32,000 bases of DNA from Candidatus Saccharimonadota bacterium. GTDB lineage: Archaea > Nanohalarchaeota > Nanosalinia > Nanosalinales > Nanosalinaceae. A model generated the notes under the pieces. It was not told the DNA's origin. It saw nothing but the letters and a program-made list of their open reading frames with translations, and did no database searches. Shown piece after piece: positions 26,677-32,000 of the stretch. The stretch is taken from positions 930,001-962,000 of the forward strand of contig CP012986.1 of NCBI GenBank assembly GCA_001761425.1, given 5' to 3'. A program made the position numbers and the translations under genes. How positions within the stretch are numbered: position 1 is the stretch's first letter; each line of letters starts with the position of its first letter.

Positions 26677-27530
26677 TAGAGCTTGACTTCCTTGAGGATC
26701 TCGATAACTTTCAGGTCGCCCTGAAAAAGAACTCAACCGAGATAAGGGAAGGAGAGCAGAAAAGCCTGCGAAGCGGACAGGGAATGATCTTCAAAGATCA
26801 TAAACAGTACGTACCGGGCGACGATATCAGAAAAATCGACTGGAAGGCCTACGCACGTACAAAGGACTTCTTTATCAAACGTTTCGAAGAGGAAAAAAAC
26901 GTTACAGTCCATATAATCCTGGACAGAAGCAGTTCCATGGACTACGGTGAAAACAACAAGTATGATTACGCTGGAAAACTAGGCCTTGCCTCTGCATACA
27001 TGGCCTCGAAGACGAACGACCGCTTCCGGTTCTCAGTGTTCTCAGAGACCCTGACTGATCTGACAGCTGCGAGAAGGAACGGCAACCTGGCCAGCCTGGT
27101 GAAAAGTCTGAACGGTATCCGGAAGACTCCGGAGAGCAGGATCGAGCGATGTATCACAGAATACAGCTCCAGGATAAAGAACAAATCTATTGTGATAATC
27201 CTTTCTGACTTCCTGACAGATACGGAAGAGATAGAATCCGCACTGGAAAGCCTCCAGCACACTGACGCCATCCTGGTAAATGTACTGGATGAAAATGAGA
27301 TAAACCCTGATATCGAGGGCGATGCCATCCTGAAAGATCCTGAATCCAGCTCGAAACTGCGTACATACCTTTCTCCGAGGACGAAAAACAGGTACAAGTC
27401 CAGGCTGGACGAACACACAGCGTCCATAGAGGAAAGTGCACTGAAGAACGGCGCCGAGTACCTGAAAGTGTCGACAGGCGATGACTTCTTCGAATCCTTC
27501 ATAAGTATCTGGAGACTGGTCAACAGATAA
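26673..27530 (+). CDS. DUF58 (vWA-like) protein, MoxR partner
   Basis: GDDIRKIDWKAYARTKDFFIKRFEEEKNVTVHIILDRSSSMDYG is the DUF58 hallmark. It overlaps moxR by ATGA. Confidence 0.8.
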   Translation: MIELDFLEDLDNFQVALKKNSTEIREGEQKSLRSGQGMIFKDHKQYVPGDDIRKIDWKAYARTKDFFIKRFEEEKNVTVHIILDRSSSMDYGENNKYDYAGKLGLASAYMASKTNDRFRFSVFSETLTDLTAARRNGNLASLVKSLNGIRKTPESRIERCITEYSSRIKNKSIVIILSDFLTDTEEIESALESLQHTDAILVNVLDENEINPDIEGDAILKDPESSSKLRTYLSPRTKNRYKSRLDEHTASIEESALKNGAEYLKVSTGDDFFESFISIWRLVNR

Positions 27531-27568
27531 GTAGAGTTTAAAGAAATTAGAGGCCTCAAATCTTTATC

Positions 27569-28309
27569 ATGAAAGTTCTAAACTTTGAAACAGTAAGCTC
27601 CATACCGGCGCTGTACCACCCAGGACTCGACCTGATCGTTATTTCGGATCTCCATCTAGGCCTTGAAGGCGGTATGACTTCCAAAGGCAGTTACGTGCCA
27701 GAGTTCCAGCTGGACGAACTGCTGGAGGACCTCCACGAGATCCGGAAACGGACAGAGGCCTCACGTTTGCTTGTCAACGGCGATCTAAAAAACGAGTTCA
27801 AGACCAGCCTGTACTCTGAAAAGGCCGAGATAGAGGAGTTTATCGATGAGACGGAAAGCCTTTTCGATGAATTAATCCTGGTAGAGGGAAACCACGACAC
27901 TTTTATCGAATCAACTGTAGAGGAAAAAGGCTATGAACTAGAGAAATTCTTCCTTGAAGACGGAGTTCTCTTCACGCACGGCCATATCTCGCTCGAAGAA
28001 CTCGAAATAGAGGAAGAGTTCGATACCGTGGTTATAGGCCATGAGCATCCGGCTCTGGAACTGAAAGATGAAATCGGTGTCAAGGAAAAAGTAAACTGCT
28101 TCCTCTACGGAAAAAACACAGATGGGAAAGGCCTTATCGTGATGCCAGCGTTTTCAACAATCTCAAACGGATCTGGAGTAAACAACATGCCTTCGAGAGA
28201 GCTTCTGTCTCCTGTCCTCCGTGATTTTGTTGAAAAAAGTTCTCTGAAGGCCCTGGCAGTCTCACGTGAGGCCGGAATGTTCGAGTTCCCGGAACTGGGA
28301 AAGATCTAG
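27569..28309 (+). CDS. calcineurin-like metallophosphoesterase (archaeal SbcD/Mre11-related small family)
   Basis: The motifs SDLHLG, NGDLKNE, VEGNHD, THGH and IGHEHP occur in canonical order. Confidence 0.75.
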   Translation: MKVLNFETVSSIPALYHPGLDLIVISDLHLGLEGGMTSKGSYVPEFQLDELLEDLHEIRKRTEASRLLVNGDLKNEFKTSLYSEKAEIEEFIDETESLFDELILVEGNHDTFIESTVEEKGYELEKFFLEDGVLFTHGHISLEELEIEEEFDTVVIGHEHPALELKDEIGVKEKVNCFLYGKNTDGKGLIVMPAFSTISNGSGVNNMPSRELLSPVLRDFVEKSSLKALAVSREAGMFEFPELGKI

Positions 28310-29481
28310 TTTCTTAATCCATAAAGGGAGAAACACAGGATTCCCAGTGCGACTCCAGCTGCTGTGAGGAAAGATAACTGCAGTGTCCAGATGGAGGCGA
28401 TTGTTCCTGCGAGTGTAGGGCCTATTGTCTGTCCGGAGTGTTTGAAGAACTCGAAGAAACCTGTCAGTTCCCCTTCAAGTTCGTCAGGACATCTTGCGTC
28501 AAACTCGGTCTGTATAACCGGCGACATACCGGATGAGAAAGTCCTTGCTACGAAGAAAAGAATTCCCAGTGCCAGTGCTTCGGTGAAAAAGCTCATCGAT
28601 ACCAGTACAGGTGTCAGTAACAGTGCTAGGCCTGAAAGAACTTTCATTCTTCCGAACCTGTCAGCCAGTTCCCCGAACAGGAACTGGAAGACTTTAGGAA
28701 TGGCTGCGACTCCGAATATTATACCCATCATGATATAGCCTGTACCGACCTGATCAAGAAGTAACGGGATAGCAAGCCAGTAAAACGAGAAGATAATACT
28801 GTACAGAAATACCAGAGTAAATGGGAACCACAGCTCACCCCAGTTCTCCTTTACATCATGCCATTCATCAGCATAAGTCTGTCTGTGCAAAAGATCTTCA
28901 ACAGACTCAGAGATACTCTGTTTTATCTCAAGGCCTATATAACTATAGAAAACAAAGATGGACAGTGTAGAGGCAAATATCCACAGAAGGAAAGGTACCT
29001 GGAACCCGTAGGATTCTATCAGGAAACCTCCCATCATAGGCCCTATAACAACAGCAAGATTAACTCCCAAAAGGAAAATAGAAAGTGACTCACCCTCCAC
29101 TTCTTCATCAGCCGATTTCATGGACAGACTCCAGCCACCGTTCCAGATAAAGACCTTTGCAAGGCCTTCAAATGCTTTTCCAGCTACCAGAAGCAGTGGA
29201 ACAGCTGTAAAGTACATTATACCAGGTAAAACAGCTGTTGTAAGGCCTAGAAGTATGACGAATTTTTCCCCTACTTTCTGGACCAAGTTGCCTACCGGTA
29301 TGTCGAAGAATATCGGGACCAGTGATGGTAGCGACGTCATTAGGCCTATGAGGAAGACGCTGTTGACGTGCTGTTTGAAAAAGACTGGTAGAAAGTTCCA
29401 GACCGTGCTCCTTCCTATCCAGGCGAAAAGGAAGACTACTGAAAGGTATTTTGCTATATCCGGTATTTTATCGAGGTCCAC
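28306..29481 (-). CDS. MFS transporter
   Basis: 391 aa with about 12 TM helices. MFS motif A-like loops are present in both halves (GNLVQKVGEKF and GELADRFGRMK). Confidence 0.7.
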   Translation of the reverse strand: MDLDKIPDIAKYLSVVFLFAWIGRSTVWNFLPVFFKQHVNSVFLIGLMTSLPSLVPIFFDIPVGNLVQKVGEKFVILLGLTTAVLPGIMYFTAVPLLLVAGKAFEGLAKVFIWNGGWSLSMKSADEEVEGESLSIFLLGVNLAVVIGPMMGGFLIESYGFQVPFLLWIFASTLSIFVFYSYIGLEIKQSISESVEDLLHRQTYADEWHDVKENWGELWFPFTLVFLYSIIFSFYWLAIPLLLDQVGTGYIMMGIIFGVAAIPKVFQFLFGELADRFGRMKVLSGLALLLTPVLVSMSFFTEALALGILFFVARTFSSGMSPVIQTEFDARCPDELEGELTGFFEFFKHSGQTIGPTLAGTIASIWTLQLSFLTAAGVALGILCFSLYGLRN

Positions 29482-29498
29482 AGAAAAGTTATCGGTTC

Positions 29499-29807
29499 CT
29501 AGTAAGTTATAAATGATTCCTCGTTAGTTTCGTCATCCTCAAACTCCTCTTCTTCATAACTTAGTTCCTGTGCTGAGGCCTTTTGTCCGTTTTCAGCCCT
29601 GTTTTCCTCTTCTCCTTCCTTCATCAGTTCTTTCTTTGCTTTCTCCTTGATCTCATCGTACCTCTGTTTGGCTGGGTCGACTTCAGTAGTGCCTGCCTCC
29701 TCTTTTTTCAGTTTCTCGTATCTTTCCTCGCTGGAATCATCTCTTTCTCCAGGCGAGTCTTCATTTGAAGAGTTTGCTGCATCCAGCAGATCATTCATCG
29801 TTTTCAC
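29499..29807 (-). CDS. small highly charged (E/K/D-rich), probably disordered protein
   Basis: 99-102 aa. The start is a GTG at 29807 or the ATG at 29798. It overlaps the end of the upstream small membrane gene. Confidence 0.4.
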   Translation of the reverse strand: MKTMNDLLDAANSSNEDSPGERDDSSEERYEKLKKEEAGTTEVDPAKQRYDEIKEKAKKELMKEGEEENRAENGQKASAQELSYEEEEFEDDETNEESFITY

Positions 29808-30042
29808 CTACCTGTTTTTTGAACTCCTTTCTCTTGGAACCTATGAACGGCAGAAAGTTCGCAAGATCGATCATCCTATCCACGGTCTCAGCAGTATGTT
29901 CAAGCGATTCAGCAGATCTTTCCGCAGATTCCAGAACGTCATCCATCTTCCTGAGAACCATGAAACCAAATCCTATCATAACCAGAAAGACGAACTTGAC
30001 AAGAATATCAAGGAAGAGATTGACTGTTTCAAGCGTTATCAT
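29791..30042 (-). CDS. small membrane protein (about 83 aa)
   Basis: The ATG at 30042 has a TATA-like TAATTATAAAC centred about 30 nt upstream. There is one hydrophobic helix (LDILVKFVFLVMIGFGFMVL). The ORF-track start at 30093 is a TTG. Confidence 0.4.
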   Translation of the reverse strand: MITLETVNLFLDILVKFVFLVMIGFGFMVLRKMDDVLESAERSAESLEHTAETVDRMIDLANFLPFIGSKRKEFKKQVGENDE

Positions 30043-30159
30043 AACCAAGATTTGGTGAAAAACCTGTTTATAATTACTGGTTCCTGGGTGCAAAGAACCT
30101 CTGAAACAGTTTCAGGAAACCATTAAAAGCCTGTAACCCGAAATTTTTCCTGTGATAAC

Positions 30160-30501
30160 ATGGTAGAAGTCCCAGAAGATACTGAAGTAGAAGACCTTCC
30201 GTTCACACACGCAAGGATCAAAAGAATGATCAGGGAGAAAGCAGACGAAGGCCAGTACGTACGCTCAAACGTTTACTACGGCCTCAACCTGCTTCTCGGC
30301 GAAATCGCAGAAGAAATCATCGACAACATGATGGAAACAGACGCAGCATACGTCGAAAAACACCACCTCGACCACGCAGCAAGGAAATATGAAAAAGTCG
30401 AAAACATCATCCAGGAAAAAGAACGCGTCTCCAGAAAACTCGAGGCACTCTCCGCAGACGTCCAAAAACTATCCCGCGAAGTACAGCAAAGCGACCACTG
30501 A
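30160..30501 (+). CDS. divergent histone-fold-like protein with a C-terminal coiled coil
   Basis: LPFTHARIKRMIRE...VRSNVYYGLNLLLGEIAEEIIDNMM...YVEKHHLDHA aligns by eye with the histone at 2019-2216 and with the LPxARIKxIM motif of NF-YC/H2A-type folds. It lacks the R-x-T DNA-contact pair. It has a heptad-like tail of about 40 aa. Confidence 0.45.
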   Translation: MVEVPEDTEVEDLPFTHARIKRMIREKADEGQYVRSNVYYGLNLLLGEIAEEIIDNMMETDAAYVEKHHLDHAARKYEKVENIIQEKERVSRKLEALSADVQKLSREVQQSDH

Positions 30502-30532
30502 AGGCCTCAAAAACAAGGCCTCACATATTTTT
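30502..30532 (+). terminator. two AGGCCT copies (potential 6-bp stem) plus a T5 run after the histone-fold-like gene
   Basis: AGGCCT at 30502 and 30516 are separated by CAAAAACA. TTTTT lies at 30528-30532. Confidence 0.35.
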
Positions 30533-30550
30533 CCCCAGTTCTTCACACCA

Positions 30551-30561
30551 TTTGATTTATT
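30551..30561 (+). promoter_or_regulatory. TATA-like box for the HTH regulator (leaderless)
   Basis: TTTGATTTATT is centred about 28 nt upstream of the ATG at 30584. Confidence 0.4.
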
Positions 30562-30583
30562 CTTTGACCCCAACTTTCACATT

Positions 30584-30928
30584 ATGAGGTTCGAAAGCGA
30601 AGTAGTAAGCGAGGAACTTCTCCCAGCGATCAGATCCATCATGGCCTCACAGCTCAAACAGGAATACGGCCTCAAACAGAAAGAAATCGCAGACAAAATA
30701 GACATCACACAGCCCGCAGTAAGCCAGTACCTCTCAGGAAACCGCGCCAACCAGAAAATAGTCGACAAGATGAAAGACGACCCACAGATCGAAATCATAA
30801 TCAGAGACGCAGTCAGCAACGCAGCCAAAGACCAAGAATTCAGCCAGGAAATAAGCCAGGCCATACAAACCGTCAGAGACAAAGGCCTCCTCAAAGAAAA
30901 ATTCTCAGACACCGAAAAAATCATCTGA
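30584..30928 (+). CDS. small HTH (XRE/COG2522-like) transcriptional regulator
   Basis: GLKQKEIADKIDITQPAVSQYLSGNRAN is a helix-turn-helix motif. The internal ATG at 30584 is chosen. The upstream part of the 179-aa ORF overlaps the previous gene and its terminator. Confidence 0.65.
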   Translation: MRFESEVVSEELLPAIRSIMASQLKQEYGLKQKEIADKIDITQPAVSQYLSGNRANQKIVDKMKDDPQIEIIIRDAVSNAAKDQEFSQEISQAIQTVRDKGLLKEKFSDTEKII

Positions 30929-30935
30929 TTTTTTT
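30929..30935 (+). terminator. T7 run directly after the regulator stop
   Basis: TGA followed by TTTTTTT. A 7-bp hairpin TCTCTGG-tttccat-CCAGAGA follows at 30952-30972. Oligo-T runs are also present on the minus strand for the convergent gene. Confidence 0.4.
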
Positions 30936-31011
30936 CCAGGTTTTTAGAAAATCTCTGGTTTCCATCCAGAGAAAATCATTTACTGACATAAAAAGAAGGA
31001 AAAAATATGTT

Positions 31012-32000
31012 TTACGTGAATCCCTGGAAGGCATAACTCTCCGCTTCCTCAAGTTCTTCCTCTTCTTCCGCGACAAGTTCGCTGAACTTTTCGACCGCAT
31101 TCTCCAGAGGCTCTGCTGAAAGCTCGTACTGCCCTGCGGTTTCCTGAACTTTCTGGACAGGTTCCTCAAGAACTTCAAACTCTTCCTGAAGAGCCTCAAA
31201 GTCAAGGTAGTATTCCTCGCTGAAGAACGCGACATAGGCCAGACCTCCGCCTCCAAGGCCTACGAAAAGAAGCAGGAAAAGGCCTACAGCCTGGTTCCTC
31301 TGCGCTGTCTCATGCTGTTTTTTGACTTCTTCATAGGTATTTGACGCAGCCTGGAACCGGTTCTCAACGTTTTGCAGATGACTTTTGACCCTGTAAAGAT
31401 TGCCGTTGCTTTTGGCTTTCTCTGCTGACTCCATGCTGGAGAAGAAGCCGGAGGTATTTGACTCAAGTTTCTCCTTTCTTGAATCCGAGAGGCCTTTCTC
31501 AAGGTCTGAAACATTTTTCTCCAGAGCCTCGTACTTCTTATAATATTCACTGTACTTACTGGTTATCCTGTCTTCCTGATTCTTGTTTGCCTCTACAACG
31601 AAATCCATTTCCCGGGATGTATCAGGACTTTCTGTAGAAAAAGTCAGACTGTGTTTCCCGAGGTCAGTGTCTTCAGTGTCGATTGAAAACATCAGTTCAG
31701 TGCTGTTTCCAGGCCTCAAGTCTTGAACAGTCCTTGAATCATTCAAAACCTGTGAATCAATGTTTAGCTCCATTTCACCGATGAAAAGATCGCCTGTGTT
31801 GGTCACGTTGGCATAGATTATCTTCGAGTCTCCTGCCGTGACACTGGCAGAGTCATCTACACTCAGGCTTGCAGAAGGCTCTGCATCAGGCCTGAAATCG
31901 AAACTGAATTCTTCACGGACACTTATCTTCCCGGACTTATCTCTTACCCAGACATAGACCGTGTGCTTCCCGGCTTCAAGGCCTTCAGTGCCGACCCTGA
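31012..32000 (-). CDS. surface protein with CARDB/Ig-like repeats, coiled coil, C-terminal TM anchor and acidic tail (5' end outside the window)
   Basis: The reading frame stays open from 31806 to the right edge (hand translation ...GKHTVYVWVRDKSGKISVREEFSFDFRPDAEPSASLSVDDSASVTAGDSKIIYANVTNTGDLF...). The NVTNTG...LRPGNSTELMF...GKHSLTF pattern is CARDB-like. The TM segment is AVGLFLLLFVGLGGGGLAYVAFF. Confidence 0.6.
   Translation of the reverse strand, partial: RVGTEGLEAGKHTVYVWVRDKSGKISVREEFSFDFRPDAEPSASLSVDDSASVTAGDSKIIYANVTNTGDLFIGEMELNIDSQVLNDSRTVQDLRPGNSTELMFSIDTEDTDLGKHSLTFSTESPDTSREMDFVVEANKNQEDRITSKYSEYYKKYEALEKNVSDLEKGLSDSRKEKLESNTSGFFSSMESAEKAKSNGNLYRVKSHLQNVENRFQAASNTYEEVKKQHETAQRNQAVGLFLLLFVGLGGGGLAYVAFFSEEYYLDFEALQEEFEVLEEPVQKVQETAGQYELSAEPLENAVEKFSELVAEEEEELEEAESYAFQGFT

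Larger units (their letters stand above)
1..32000. repeat. dispersed palindromic hexamer AGGCCT (tendency RAGGCCTY), about 115 copies by eye
   Basis: Copies were tallied line by line. Examples lie at 99, 287, 1563, 1575, 1613, 2762, 2771, 13526, 13692, 16640, 16650, 24964, 24984, 30502 and 30516. None occur in 4970-7159. Confidence 0.8.

Noticed and set aside
30389-30583. The N-terminal 65 codons of the 179-aa ORF that contains the HTH regulator.
   Set aside because: They overlap the 3' end of the preceding gene and its terminator-like region. A TATA-like box 28 nt upstream of the internal ATG at 30584 fits a 114-aa regulator.
30921-31256. A 111-aa basic ORF overlapping the 3' end of the surface-protein gene.
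   Set aside because: It is an alternative frame of the better-supported 31012-32000 gene and spans the bidirectional terminator region.
1-32000. A search by eye for CRISPR arrays, rRNA or tRNA genes, IS elements, integrases, inteins in atpA or atpB, and long tandem repeats.
   Set aside because: I saw no regularly spaced repeats of 25-40 bp and no transposase or integrase motifs. atpA (575 aa) and atpB (467 aa) have intein-free lengths. The only pervasive repeat is the AGGCCT hexamer.

Overview
The window is an archaeal chromosomal segment. The predicted proteins are strongly acidic and GC is moderate (hand counts of about 43-57% per 60-nt line outside one island). This points to a salt-in halophile with compact genes, possibly a nanohaloarchaeon-like lineage, but that taxonomic call is inference only.

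The left two thirds are housekeeping genes: adkA (fragment), cca, aIF5A, a histone, nob1, an AI-2E permease, tfb, trm1 and a complete A1Ao ATP synthase operon atpHIKECFABD.

The right third (17.4-32 kb) looks accessory:
- a Pol-beta nucleotidyltransferase gene with a small partner gene
- a two-gene operon whose 908-aa product looks like an endonuclease IV / xylose-isomerase-type TIM barrel split by an insertion of about 470 residues
- a MoxR-DUF58 block with membrane partners and a metallophosphoesterase
- an MFS transporter
- a second, divergent histone-fold gene next to an HTH regulator
- a CARDB-like surface protein

I found no rRNA, tRNA, CRISPR array, transposase or integrase.

Three observations stand out:
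1. The palindrome AGGCCT occurs about 115 times by eye count, against roughly 6 expected. It appears in all codon phases and in spacers.
2. A 2.2-kb AT-rich, AGGCCT-free gene for a non-acidic orphan protein sits directly behind tfb.
3. The split TIM-barrel gene forms an operon with a gene for a coiled-coil protein.

Chains of small ORFs with stop-start overlaps also fill the atpF-atpA and atpA-atpB spacers.
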